From a virus (lineage: Duplodnaviria; Caudoviricetes), in the IMG/VR virus record IMGVR_UViG_3300032047_000009, positions 1-61,578 of that record: DNA of 61,578 nucleotides. One strand, given 5' to 3'. The position numbers were made by a program, and so were the translations under genes. The stretch's first letter is position 1. Every line of letters starts with the position of its first letter. The notes beneath the pieces were generated by a model. It was given only the letters and a program-made list of their open reading frames with translations, was not told where the DNA came from and made no database searches. Shown one piece after another: positions 20,495 through 31,288 of this stretch.

Positions 20495-23400
20495 CTAATT
20501 ATTTTCTAAAGTTTCAAGTCTTGACTTCAAGTCATCTATAATTGCTTGTTGCTCTTGTATTGCCTTAGTTAACACCGGAACCATTTTTTCATATGTTATA
20601 CCGTAATGATCTTGGTCAACAATTCTATCAACAACTAAATTAGTTTTATTAGCTACATCATAGCCAAACGATTTTTCAACAACTTCAACTTCTTGTGCTA
20701 AAAACCCTAGTGTTAATTCTGGTAACTTGTTAGTTCCATCAGGTGTTCTATCTTCATAGTCTGATCTTTTGTCCCATCTGTACGTAACAGGATTAAGTTT
20801 TTTTACAAATTCTAATCCTAAATCTAAAGGATTAACATCTGTTTTATCTCTTGCATCTGAATTTACTGTCCAGCTAATCTGTATTCTTGCTGTAGTATGG
20901 TTTTCATTACCCATATGTATTTGGTTACTACCACTTGTTATCCCAGCTATAGACTGGTAAGGGGACTGATAACCTGTTCTACCAGCATTTTGACCAAATA
21001 ACAAGTTATTGCTTCCAGAAGTTACATTGTAACCCGTTGCGTCACCCATAGCTATATTACTACCACCACTACTTAAATTACCTAATGCCGCATAACCGTA
21101 AGCAAAGTTTCTACTACCAGTACTACAACCCCCTAGTGCCTCAACACCAAACGCTGCGTTGTTAGTACCAGATGAAATAGCATTCATAGTGGTGCTATTA
21201 CCCATTCTTATATTATTAGCAGAACCATGCTGTGTATAATTAAATTGCAACGCGTTTAAAACACTAGTTGATCCGGGGTCTGTATAATAACCAGTGTTAT
21301 TATAATCATAAAATATAGTACCTCTAATATCACTAGTTGTAACTAGTCTTCCACCACCCCAAGACCCTTTGTAACTACCACCCTCTATTATTAGCAGACC
21401 GTGAGAAGCTAAGTTGTTAGCCCCACCTTTAGTCCCAGCATTCTGGTGTGACCAATATAAACCATATGCATTTCCAACTGAGTTACCATCGTTTGGAAGT
21501 TTATATGAAGCGCCCATATTAAATATGGTTTGTATTCTATAACTTGAGTATAATCCAGTAACACCAACACCATAATTATCACCAAAAAGAAGACCACCAG
21601 CACAACTCATAGTGTTAAGATGAGTGTGACTACCGAAGTCGCCGTAATAAGCAGTGTTTGTATCGTAATATATAGGTACTCTTAAATCAGGTGCATTCAT
21701 TAATCTACCTGAATTATCAATATAAGATACATCACTACCGTCTCTTCTGAATTGAACAATTCTGTTTGATGAAGAATCTGCAACTATATACCATCTATTT
21801 GAATGGTATTGTATTTTACCTGCACCACCTGGATTACCTGTCCAAGATGATGATGCTGAAGATAATATAGAAGAATTTGTAATATTTATTGCGCCATGAC
21901 CAGCATTACAATCAATTACACCAGCAGCTGTTATTGAACCTCTTATATTTATAGTATTACCACTCTCACCAATAAACATTTCTTGACTACCAGTATCACC
22001 ATACCAATGTTGCGCTTGCAACACGTAAAAAGCTGTATCCCATCTTGGCGCCGCTTGTTTTGAACTACTTTGTATTTTATTTATGTTACTTGTACTATTT
22101 GCATCCACATAATAAGACGTGTCATTTGAATCATATAATCGATCAGAATATAAACTTCCACTTCCATAATTGTAACCTAATACAGCAGCCTGAGAAAGTG
22201 TTGTTGTAACTTTTTTACTTGAAGAAGGCTCTGTTGAATTAACAACTGTCAGTGCTCTATTTCTTGAACCTCCGCCAGCATCTCTTACTCTTACTTCAAA
22301 TGAATTCCAATAAGATATTCTTGGCCACCAAAAAGCAAGTTTATTATCAGAATGATTAAAAACTTTTATTTGGTTAGTAGAAGTTAAGTGTTTTCCATAA
22401 CTAATACCACTGTGGTTAATTATAGTATTATTATACAAATATCCTTGAGCTTTAAAAGCGAAAGGTGGCTCTCCTGAATAACTTTTACCGGTAACTTCTA
22501 TAATATAAGATGCTCCATTGGTTGCATTAGCCGGAATGTCAGTTGTTACTAAAGTACCACTAGCAAAGTCTGAGCCTGAGTGTTTACAATGTATAAATTC
22601 ACTACCATTGTTATTTTGGGCATGATATAATCTAGATGTTCCAGCGGGATCAACATAATAATTCGTATCATCTGAGTCGTAGAATATAGGTGATCTTAAT
22701 GAGTTAGTACCAATTAAATAATCATAAACTGTCGCAACACCGCCGCCGCTAACGTGGAAAGTATTGGTACCTGAAGCGTTTCTAAAATGTACATATGCGG
22801 CAGCTTGTAAATACCAAGAATCACTATGATACTGCATTTTACCTCCAACTTCACCAGACCAAGAATTACTAGTTTGTCGCCAATCGCCAATGGTTTTTAA
22901 TGCATTTCCGGCAGAAGCGGAAGGATTTAAAAAGTATGAGGTATCATTTGAATCATAAAATACAGGTGCTCTATAAGAGTTACCTGCGTATCCTATTCTA
23001 CCGGTATAAACATCATTAGTATCTAGTTGAACATACCAGGGCCAAACGCCACTTATTTGTGTGTAGCTAGTAGAATCAACTGGCGCACCAAGTACGTAGA
23101 ATCTATTTGAATTATTATGTAATGCTACTGACCTATGGTTTGTATCCCTAAAATATATTGTAGGGTCACCACTTCTTAAAACTAATTGTGCATTATTCAA
23201 ATAAGAGTTTGTATCAGTTGAACTGTAAAATATAGGTGCTCTATATGAGCCATTTTCTTGACTATATCCATTAAATAATACTTGTCTAGTAGCGTTATGT
23301 GAGGTTAAATACAAGTTATGTCCTGTTACCATACCAAAATAAGCACCACTATGACCAGTGTGAGTATACCAAGTAGACAACATTGAGTCAGCATCTTGTC

Positions 23401-24745
23401 CAACATCTATTTTAGCGTGTACATTGTCTACAACATTTAATCTAGCTCCCCAAGTACCTGTATTTGAACTATAAGATGAACTATCACCTATGTTAACATA
23501 TTGTCTAAATTTTCCTGATGTAGATGTGCTTGCGGGGTCTATGTAATAAGTAGTATCATTAGAGTCGTAAAATACAGTCGCTCTAACATCACTGTTTACA
23601 ACAAGATTGCTTCTTGTGATATTAACCTGACCATTATGCAATATGTTCATTGCTGTTTTAGAACCTGTAGCATATGAATCAGTTGTAGAAAAATACATCT
23701 TAGTACCATAACTACCATCTGATCTAATATATATACCTGCTTGCGCATTTGTACCATTAGAAGCATCAGAAGCACCAAATGTTATTGCCGCTCCTGCGTG
23801 GTCAGTGGCACTATTAGGGTCTAAATGTAATGCACCTTTTCCTGTGCCTTGGGTGGTAGCATCCCAAACCGTTCCTGCATTCAAATCTAAAGTAGATAAA
23901 TTACTGCCACCTGTTACAGTAATATCTCCTGAAAAAGTTGCATTTTGTGACGTATCTAGCACAAGTGCTGTTGTGCTATTAGTTAAAAATGAAATTGGAG
24001 AGTTTGTGCTAGTTCTTATACTATTTTGATCTATTCTTAATGTTTGTGTTGGACTTTGTAAAACTAAAATTGCATCACCAGAAGCAGGATCTACTGTTAT
24101 ACTACTACCAGTTGTTGTTATATTCCCTGCAAAAGTTGCATTACCAGTAAACGATGGTGAAGCTAATGGTGCTTTCAAAGCAATACTATTTGTAACTGTT
24201 GTGCTAAAGTTTGCATCATCACCTAGAGCTGCTGCTAATTCATTTAATGTATTTAAAGTTCCAGGTGCTGAATCAACTATTAAAGCAACCCTTGCATCAG
24301 CTCTTGCGTCTGTATAATATAAATTTGTTCCTTCACTTAAATCACTAGTTGATTTACTACTTAAATCTAAGTTACTACCAACTTGTAATGCAATTCTAGC
24401 GTCAGCTCTTGCATCTGTGTAGTATAAATTACTACCTTCAGTAATATTTGATGTATTCTGAGCAGGCATTGTAAATGACATAACACCTGTTGTACTATTA
24501 TAACTTAAGGAACCAGTACCGCTAATTGCTGCTCTAGCTCTTGCATCAGTATAATATAAATTTGTTCCTTCAGATAAATCTGATGTGCTTAAGCTACCTA
24601 TTCTTGAATCAACTCTAGCATTAGTAAAAAATAACTTATCACCTTCAGCAATGTGAGATGTTGTTATACCGTGACTTGAATGTAAGTGTCCCTGGGTTAT
24701 TGAACCCGCTTTTATAAAATCACCTGTTACTTTAGTTAATGCCAT
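20495..24745 (-). CDS. Tail fibre/spike with C-terminal intramolecular chaperone (peptidase S74)
   Basis: TSDLSEGTNLYYTDARA repeats, LNTLNELAAALGDD, about 7 RAPIFYDSNDT-like repeats, SDARDKTD..GFLAQEV..LTKAIQE. Confidence 0.85.
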   Translation of the reverse strand: MALTKVTGDFIKAGSITQGHLHSSHGITTSHIAEGDKLFFTNARVDSRIGSLSTSDLSEGTNLYYTDARARAAISGTGSLSYNSTTGVMSFTMPAQNTSNITEGSNLYYTDARADARIALQVGSNLDLSSKSTSDLSEGTNLYYTDARADARVALIVDSAPGTLNTLNELAAALGDDANFSTTVTNSIALKAPLASPSFTGNATFAGNITTTGSSITVDPASGDAILVLQSPTQTLRIDQNSIRTSTNSPISFLTNSTTALVLDTSQNATFSGDITVTGGSNLSTLDLNAGTVWDATTQGTGKGALHLDPNSATDHAGAAITFGASDASNGTNAQAGIYIRSDGSYGTKMYFSTTDSYATGSKTAMNILHNGQVNITRSNLVVNSDVRATVFYDSNDTTYYIDPASTSTSGKFRQYVNIGDSSSYSSNTGTWGARLNVVDNVHAKIDVGQDADSMLSTWYTHTGHSGAYFGMVTGHNLYLTSHNATRQVLFNGYSQENGSYRAPIFYSSTDTNSYLNNAQLVLRSGDPTIYFRDTNHRSVALHNNSNRFYVLGAPVDSTSYTQISGVWPWYVQLDTNDVYTGRIGYAGNSYRAPVFYDSNDTSYFLNPSASAGNALKTIGDWRQTSNSWSGEVGGKMQYHSDSWYLQAAAYVHFRNASGTNTFHVSGGGVATVYDYLIGTNSLRSPIFYDSDDTNYYVDPAGTSRLYHAQNNNGSEFIHCKHSGSDFASGTLVTTDIPANATNGASYIIEVTGKSYSGEPPFAFKAQGYLYNNTIINHSGISYGKHLTSTNQIKVFNHSDNKLAFWWPRISYWNSFEVRVRDAGGGSRNRALTVVNSTEPSSSKKVTTTLSQAAVLGYNYGSGSLYSDRLYDSNDTSYYVDANSTSNINKIQSSSKQAAPRWDTAFYVLQAQHWYGDTGSQEMFIGESGNTINIRGSITAAGVIDCNAGHGAINITNSSILSSASSSWTGNPGGAGKIQYHSNRWYIVADSSSNRIVQFRRDGSDVSYIDNSGRLMNAPDLRVPIYYDTNTAYYGDFGSHTHLNTMSCAGGLLFGDNYGVGVTGLYSSYRIQTIFNMGASYKLPNDGNSVGNAYGLYWSHQNAGTKGGANNLASHGLLIIEGGSYKGSWGGGRLVTTSDIRGTIFYDYNNTGYYTDPGSTSVLNALQFNYTQHGSANNIRMGNSTTMNAISSGTNNAAFGVEALGGCSTGSRNFAYGYAALGNLSSGGSNIAMGDATGYNVTSGSNNLLFGQNAGRTGYQSPYQSIAGITSGSNQIHMGNENHTTARIQISWTVNSDARDKTDVNPLDLGLEFVKKLNPVTYRWDKRSDYEDRTPDGTNKLPELTLGFLAQEVEVVEKSFGYDVANKTNLVVDRIVDQDHYGITYEKMVPVLTKAIQEQQAIIDDLKSRLETLENN

Positions 24746-27700
24746 TTATTTGATTTTTTAATGTTTTTACTTCTTGAGTTAATTCTTGCATTGCTTTTAT
24801 AAGCATAGGCACGAATACTGAATATTTTACTGATTTAGTTGGTGTTTCTGTATCACCGCATTCATATACTAACCCTGGAAATATTTTTTCTAATTCTTGT
24901 GCTACTACACCTATTTGTTTAGTTGGTGCGTTCGTTTCTTCGTTTATATCATCTATATAATTAAAGTTTACAACTCTTACTTGATTTATTTCATCTAGCT
25001 TTGGTGTAGCGTCTACAATATTTTCTTTTAAATTTATGTCTGATAATTGCCCATAGCTATTGTTACTATTTTGAATATTACCATTGGAATATATTTTTAT
25101 TCTTTCACTAGCACCACTATTAGTTGCGCCTAAAAAAAATCTACCTGAGGTATTCGCGCTCGTGGACCTATGTAAAACGTTTATACCATATACATTTCCA
25201 CTACTAGCGTGACTATATATCATAACCGTAGGTTGGTCAGCTGCACTGTTAGTTATGGAGTGAAAATTATAAGCGTTCCAAGTTGTATTACCATTGTTTG
25301 TTAACTTACTATAACCACCACTAGTAACAAACATGGTATCGTTCCCCATATTGTTTAGAGTAAAATAATTACTACCTGAATCAAAAGATAAATTACAATA
25401 TTGAGTGCCATCACTTTGTGAATCAATAAAATTTAAATAAGCTTTATTTTCATGTGTATTATATATGTTTATTGCATTTCCCCCTGCCACTTCCACATTA
25501 ATTTTTGCCGTGGGGTTGTTTGAATAGTTGTCCCAAGTCAACGATCCATAATTTGCAACATTAAGATGTGAAGTGCTAGCAGGATTTACATAATATCCAG
25601 TATCATTTGAATCGTAAAATATAGTACCTCTTACGTCACTATCACCCCTAAAGCTAAGCGACGTTGTTATCACGTCCCCATAAATTCTTAATAAATGATC
25701 CGCACCCCAATGTCCTATTGTTACGTAGTTGTTATTACTTCCAGCAGAAGCATAATTATATCCTATATAACCGGAATTTTTAGTACTACCTTCTTTTCCT
25801 ATAACAAATATATTAGCCTGACCAGCCGTCATATTAGTGGTAAATAATTCACCCGAATGAATAAATGCAGATGATGATGGGTTGTCTATTTCTAACGTAG
25901 CAGCATTTGCGGTACCAGTGCCTTGTAATTTTAATCTATAAAATACAGATTGGTTACTCGGATACGTATAATAACCCGTGTTTGATGAATCGTAAAAGAT
26001 AGGCGCTCTTAAACTACCAGTAGCAGTTGTATGACCCTGGTAATCAACCCTAAACCTTTCGGCTAAATTTGACGGGTTACCTGGGTCATTTGTTGAAGCA
26101 TTATTTGTATAAACTACAAAAGCACCAGAACCCTCTTTTAGCTGTGAATTTGCATTCCCATTATGTCCAACTTCAGCACCTATTCTAACTTGTGGCCAGT
26201 CGTTATCATTATCGTCTTCAAAAATAAAATCAATAAATGTTTTTTGAGTATCTAAATCCGCACCTACATCATTGTGTAATGTTAAAAATGTTGAGGAGTC
26301 TGCACTTGTTAAATATTTAATTAATGTTGTATCTTGAATACGTATTTGACTATATCCTTCCCCAATTTGCAATATGCCTCCATCTGTAGCACCTTCCAAA
26401 GCTCTATGGCCATTAAAATATATTCTATTGTTACCACCAAGGAATGAAAGGCCTTGTGAGGCACCATTTATGGTAGTTCCATTTGCATCAACCATAAACA
26501 CATCGCTACCACCCCCAGTACCTGCTGTGTTTACAGTAAATTTTCCGCCAGAGCCAGATGAAATACCAGCTTGAACCCACCCTGGTTTGGTTGCATGAGA
26601 ATGTGAATATAATTTTAATCCACCACCATATCCAGCAGAGCCCCCTCCGGCTTGGATGGTCATTGATCCTGTTCCAGTATTCGTATTATTGGTGAAAATA
26701 TAATGATTAACTGGAGTTGTAGTTCCTGTTGAGGGTAATATAAATCTTGTTGCGTTTACTTGTCCTGCAAAAGTTGCTACTGTCGGTGATAAAGTTAGTG
26801 CATCTGTATTTGCACCTAACGACCAATCAAACCATCTCATTATTAATGTGTCTGTACCACCTCTAACTATCCATCTATCGTTAACGTCTGTAAAACTATT
26901 TGTATCTACAATTTTTAATTCAGGCGAAGTACTACTTATTGTTATATCGCCCGTTACAGTTCCCCCTGCTAGTGGTAAATGTCCAACTTGAGAATACGTG
27001 TAAGCGGTATCCCAATTGCTATCTTTTCTTGTTCCTGCCCCAGTTCCTGAAGCGGGTTTAGAATATATACCTTCGTTATACATTAACTTGCCATCAGCAA
27101 GTATTGTCATTGTACTTTCAGTACCACTAATTACAAAGCTTTCAGCACTTCCATAAGAAAGACTATTAGCGTGATTGTAAGCAAAAGTCCCCTTTTGATC
27201 GAGGCTTGGAACAATAGAGCTAAAAACAATTTTGGCATCTACCGCATCTGTGGTAGCATGTATGGTTAACCCATCATTCGATTCAATTTTAACACTACCT
27301 GCAAAAGTTGCGGCATTATCTGCACCTGCTATTGTAAAGACATCAGCGCCTGCTGTTTCATTTCTTACAGTAAATGTTTCATTATTAGTTCCAATACTGA
27401 AATTTCTTGCTACACCTTGATTATCTGTTAAATTTAATTTAGGATATGTTTTACCACCTATTGTAATATCACCTGAAAATACTCCATTACCTGTTACTCC
27501 AATTCCTGTGCTTGTAGTTTCAAACTTTGTATTTCCGTAATGTTTTAATTGTACACTTCCAGCACCACCATTAACTACTATATATTCAGCAACTCCCCCA
27601 CTGCCATCATCACTTCTAAAAATAATATTACCATCATCTGCATATTGTGTAACAAATAAACCGCCAGTATGGTTTTCAAAATTATTATTACCTGATGTTG

Positions 27701-29147
27701 AATTATGATATAATCTTATATCGTTATTACCACCTAAGCGAAGTTCAACGTTATCATCAAAACGCATTAGTTTATGTACAAAAATTCTTTCAACACCACC
27801 ATCAATTGTCAAGTAATTATCTCGGCCACCGCTGCCATTATCACTTTGGAATATAATATCTGAATCATCTGCATCGTTTCTAATTATTAGGTTTCCAGTA
27901 GAGTTTCCTATAATAGAATTTGTAGCATCGTGAATTAAAAATAGATCTCCACTTCCACCTAAACTTAACGTAGTGCTATCATTAAAACCTACATTACCCG
28001 TAAAAGTTGTAGCACCAAAGCTATTAGAATTTCCTGCTGCTGTTACACTTGCTGAAAAAGTTCCTGTTGAAGCTGATAATGCCGCTATAGTCGTATTTCC
28101 AAAACTATTTGAATTACCACTTGCGGTTATACTTCCTGAAAAACTAGCAGTTGTTCCTGTCAATCCTCCAGTTAATGTTCCACCAGCCAACGGCAGTTTT
28201 GTTCCAATACTATTGGCGGTTGTAGTTGCAAAATTTGGGTCATCACCTAAAGCCGCCGCAAGTTCATTTAAAGTGTTTAATGTTGCAGGCGAAGAATCAA
28301 CTAAATCACTTACCGCAGTATCTACATATGTTTCTGTAGCTAAATCAGATATTGTTACAGCCTTTACACCAGCTAAATCTGTTAATTCAGAATCCATTAA
28401 AGCACCAGCAGCAGTTACATTTGCTGTGTCTGTTACATCAGCAGAAGCCTCTATTGCATTTAACTTAGTATGATCAGCATCAGTAAATACATTTGAATCA
28501 GTTGCCGCTTCAACAGCTGCTCTAATTTCAGCATTTGTTTGATCCGCTGTAGCGTTAGCTTCTATGCCATCTAATTTAGTTCCATCGACAGAAACATCTC
28601 TACCATCAAACGTACTGTTAGTGGTTATAGCTCCTGTTATCGCACCACCCGCTAAAGGTAAGTGCCCAACTTGTGAATACGTATAAGCCGTGTTCCAGTT
28701 TGAAGAATTATTTGTAGTTATGCTATACACACCCGATCCATTGGTTGTCATTAAACCAGCAGATGCAAAATCTGTATCATATAAAATATCATCAGCAGCT
28801 GTAACGCTACTAAAAGATATAACTTCTATGTCACTTGAATTTGGTGGAGCGGTGCTAAAGGTAAGAGTTGTACCGCTTAAAGAATAATTATCTTTATGCT
28901 GGTATACACCGTCTATATACACTTGTGTTTTATTTTCGTTGTCTATACTATTGGCTAAAGTAAAAGCAGTTGTGCTGCCATTGCCAGTAAAACCATCTTG
29001 GTATATAACACTTGCAGAAGTAGTAGTATTTATCCAGTTTACACCAGATCCAGTTGAAGACAATACTTGTCCACTGTTCCCTATGTCTCCACTAGAATCA
29101 TATACTCCTGCGGCTATTTTTATATCGGTTAAAAACTTTTTAGCCAT
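24732..29147 (-). CDS. Tail fibre with C-terminal intramolecular chaperone (peptidase S74)
   Basis: G/T/S-rich; LNTLNELAAALGDD; SDINLKENI..IGVVAQELE..LIKAMQEL. Confidence 0.85.
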   Translation of the reverse strand: MAKKFLTDIKIAAGVYDSSGDIGNSGQVLSSTGSGVNWINTTTSASVIYQDGFTGNGSTTAFTLANSIDNENKTQVYIDGVYQHKDNYSLSGTTLTFSTAPPNSSDIEVISFSSVTAADDILYDTDFASAGLMTTNGSGVYSITTNNSSNWNTAYTYSQVGHLPLAGGAITGAITTNSTFDGRDVSVDGTKLDGIEANATADQTNAEIRAAVEAATDSNVFTDADHTKLNAIEASADVTDTANVTAAGALMDSELTDLAGVKAVTISDLATETYVDTAVSDLVDSSPATLNTLNELAAALGDDPNFATTTANSIGTKLPLAGGTLTGGLTGTTASFSGSITASGNSNSFGNTTIAALSASTGTFSASVTAAGNSNSFGATTFTGNVGFNDSTTLSLGGSGDLFLIHDATNSIIGNSTGNLIIRNDADDSDIIFQSDNGSGGRDNYLTIDGGVERIFVHKLMRFDDNVELRLGGNNDIRLYHNSTSGNNNFENHTGGLFVTQYADDGNIIFRSDDGSGGVAEYIVVNGGAGSVQLKHYGNTKFETTSTGIGVTGNGVFSGDITIGGKTYPKLNLTDNQGVARNFSIGTNNETFTVRNETAGADVFTIAGADNAATFAGSVKIESNDGLTIHATTDAVDAKIVFSSIVPSLDQKGTFAYNHANSLSYGSAESFVISGTESTMTILADGKLMYNEGIYSKPASGTGAGTRKDSNWDTAYTYSQVGHLPLAGGTVTGDITISSTSPELKIVDTNSFTDVNDRWIVRGGTDTLIMRWFDWSLGANTDALTLSPTVATFAGQVNATRFILPSTGTTTPVNHYIFTNNTNTGTGSMTIQAGGGSAGYGGGLKLYSHSHATKPGWVQAGISSGSGGKFTVNTAGTGGGSDVFMVDANGTTINGASQGLSFLGGNNRIYFNGHRALEGATDGGILQIGEGYSQIRIQDTTLIKYLTSADSSTFLTLHNDVGADLDTQKTFIDFIFEDDNDNDWPQVRIGAEVGHNGNANSQLKEGSGAFVVYTNNASTNDPGNPSNLAERFRVDYQGHTTATGSLRAPIFYDSSNTGYYTYPSNQSVFYRLKLQGTGTANAATLEIDNPSSSAFIHSGELFTTNMTAGQANIFVIGKEGSTKNSGYIGYNYASAGSNNNYVTIGHWGADHLLRIYGDVITTSLSFRGDSDVRGTIFYDSNDTGYYVNPASTSHLNVANYGSLTWDNYSNNPTAKINVEVAGGNAINIYNTHENKAYLNFIDSQSDGTQYCNLSFDSGSNYFTLNNMGNDTMFVTSGGYSKLTNNGNTTWNAYNFHSITNSAADQPTVMIYSHASSGNVYGINVLHRSTSANTSGRFFLGATNSGASERIKIYSNGNIQNSNNSYGQLSDINLKENIVDATPKLDEINQVRVVNFNYIDDINEETNAPTKQIGVVAQELEKIFPGLVYECGDTETPTKSVKYSVFVPMLIKAMQELTQEVKTLKNQINGIN

Positions 29148-29161
29148 GTATTTTATTTAAA

Positions 29162-30190
29162 TTATCCTATTTTACTAACAAGAACTCTCATGTCAGTTGA
29201 TGCTGGTGCCGAGGCAAAACTAATTGTAACTTGATTAACTGTATTTCTTGTAACGTCTGCAAAAACAGTTTCGTTATTTGTTAGATCATATATTTGTACA
29301 ATAACGTCTTTAGTATTAAAACCGTGTGTTAACGCAAAAGATGTTGCAGATCCATCACCTATAGTGAATGCTTTTGTACTGTTTTCTACTACTTGTATTT
29401 TCTTATATGTTGAACCATCTTCAGTTATTTGCCATATATTATTAGCTTCATTCCATCTTAATGCAACATTTGTTTCATCTCCTCTTTCTACTTCTATACC
29501 CGCATTTTCAGTAGCTGTAGAACCAGTAAAATTACTATTTAAAGTAATTATATTATCAGCTAAATTAATTGTTTCTGAATTTACAGTAGTTGTCGTTCCT
29601 GATACCGTTAAGTCTCCTGTTACTACAAGGTCATTACCTATTGTAACATCATCGGGTAAACCTATAGTTACTTTATTATTAGAAACTAATGTTGTTACTT
29701 CATTAGCAGTTCCTTGAAAAACTAATGTATCACTTCCTACAGATACTACATCTGTATTAGGCGTGCCTTCAGCATCACTTATTGTTAAATCTGTACTTAT
29801 TGAAGCCGTACCAGCAGCTGTTAATTGACCTTGTGCATTTACTGTAAATGTTGGAATTGCTGTTGCTGAGCCATATGAACCAGCAGTAACAGATGTGTCT
29901 GTAATAGCAATGTCATTTGCATTTGCTGTAATACCAGTTCCACCGATAACATTCAGTGTTACAGCTCCGTTTGTTCCACCACCAGTCAAACCGGTTCCAG
30001 CGGTTATACCTGTTATATCACCAGTTAGATCTATCCAGTTTGAACCATCTGAAACAAAAAGCTTGCTAGATCCAGTATTAAAATATACTTGACCAGCTGA
30101 TGGGCTTGAAGGAGCAGAACTATTAGGATGAAGTGTAGCATTTTGTAATTGATTATTTGCTAAATCAATATTACTTAAATATTTTGCCAT
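29162..30190 (-). CDS. Tail fibre/adaptor structural protein
   Basis: AGTGLTGGG, GSYGSATAIPTFTVNAQGQLTAA, GDLTVSGTTTTVNS; C-terminal small beta-sandwich. Confidence 0.7.
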   Translation of the reverse strand: MAKYLSNIDLANNQLQNATLHPNSSAPSSPSAGQVYFNTGSSKLFVSDGSNWIDLTGDITGITAGTGLTGGGTNGAVTLNVIGGTGITANANDIAITDTSVTAGSYGSATAIPTFTVNAQGQLTAAGTASISTDLTISDAEGTPNTDVVSVGSDTLVFQGTANEVTTLVSNNKVTIGLPDDVTIGNDLVVTGDLTVSGTTTTVNSETINLADNIITLNSNFTGSTATENAGIEVERGDETNVALRWNEANNIWQITEDGSTYKKIQVVENSTKAFTIGDGSATSFALTHGFNTKDVIVQIYDLTNNETVFADVTRNTVNQVTISFASAPASTDMRVLVSKIG

Positions 30191-30199
30191 AGTTTTATT

Positions 30200-30898
30200 T
30201 TAGTTTAAATATGCAGTACCTGAAGTGTCTGCACTAAATGTTATTGTTAAATTACTTAAAGAGGTGTATTGTACATCACCATAAACAAGATTATTACCAG
30301 TGTCTACAACGCTTACACTTGGATATTTATTTAATGAATGATTTATATCCCAAACAGTTTGAGCTGATATTTGTTTAACAGCTGTTTTATCAGAATTTTG
30401 AAACATTGCGGTCATGTTAGCTTGATCACCACCTGTTAAAGTGCCATTGCTAGCTAACGCGTCTACAGTTAGTTGTATTACATCGTTTGTTAAAAAATTA
30501 ATCGTTTGAACTCTATAAACTCCAAAACTTAATGTATCACTAGAATTATATATAGTTAAAACACCATCTTTAGACCTTATTTCATCTAAATATGTTTGTA
30601 CATTTCCATTTTCAGCATTTATTTTATTTAAATAAACTGTAGTTACAGCTGAAAAAGGTGTATTTGTAGTACTATTATTATTAAAAGAAACTAATCCTTG
30701 ACCTAAATTAGAATAACTTTGATTTTGATCATATTTATAAACAAATATATTACCTAATATATTAGATTGTTTTGCTAAATAGTTATTTATTGTTTCAATT
30801 GAAAAGTTTCTAGTAGCTTTTGATGTGAAATCAGTTCCTAATAAAGAATCATCTTTTATTATTTCGTTGTCTTGTGTGTATTTACTTATTCTTGCCAT
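30200..30898 (-). CDS. Tail adaptor structural protein
   Basis: MARISKY N-terminus; C-terminal WDINHSLNKYPSVSVVD..LTITFS..GTAYLN. Confidence 0.6.
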   Translation of the reverse strand: MARISKYTQDNEIIKDDSLLGTDFTSKATRNFSIETINNYLAKQSNILGNIFVYKYDQNQSYSNLGQGLVSFNNNSTTNTPFSAVTTVYLNKINAENGNVQTYLDEIRSKDGVLTIYNSSDTLSFGVYRVQTINFLTNDVIQLTVDALASNGTLTGGDQANMTAMFQNSDKTAVKQISAQTVWDINHSLNKYPSVSVVDTGNNLVYGDVQYTSLSNLTITFSADTSGTAYLN

Positions 30899-31278
30899 TA
30901 ACTTGGTTTTTGTGGATATGTTATATTATTTATATCTACAGTAGAAGGTAGATCCCTTAACTGTTGTCTATATGTTGACCATTCTTGTTTTTTATCATTA
31001 CTTAATGGTGAATCTGAAAATTGTGTCCAATCACATGATTTTAATAAATTATTTCTTTCAGATCTTAATATAGCGTATTTTTTGTTATTTATTTCAGTAT
31101 CTGTAAAAGGTATTTCAGTATGCGTACCATCTACAACTCTACATCTAACGCTATTTGCTTTTTGCCATTGTTCTTCTGTTAGTACAATATTAGGTGTAGG
31201 TATATCTTTACCGTGTATTTCTTCTGTATAAAAACCTGTATAATCACCGTTTTCATCGTATGTTGCGTAATAATTCAT
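30898..31278 (-). CDS. Tail fibre assembly chaperone
   Basis: LRSERNNLLKSCDWTQFSDSP..WSTYRQQLRDLP..YPQKP. Confidence 0.8.
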   Translation of the reverse strand: MNYYATYDENGDYTGFYTEEIHGKDIPTPNIVLTEEQWQKANSVRCRVVDGTHTEIPFTDTEINNKKYAILRSERNNLLKSCDWTQFSDSPLSNDKKQEWSTYRQQLRDLPSTVDINNITYPQKPS

Positions 31279-31288
31279 AAATTATATT

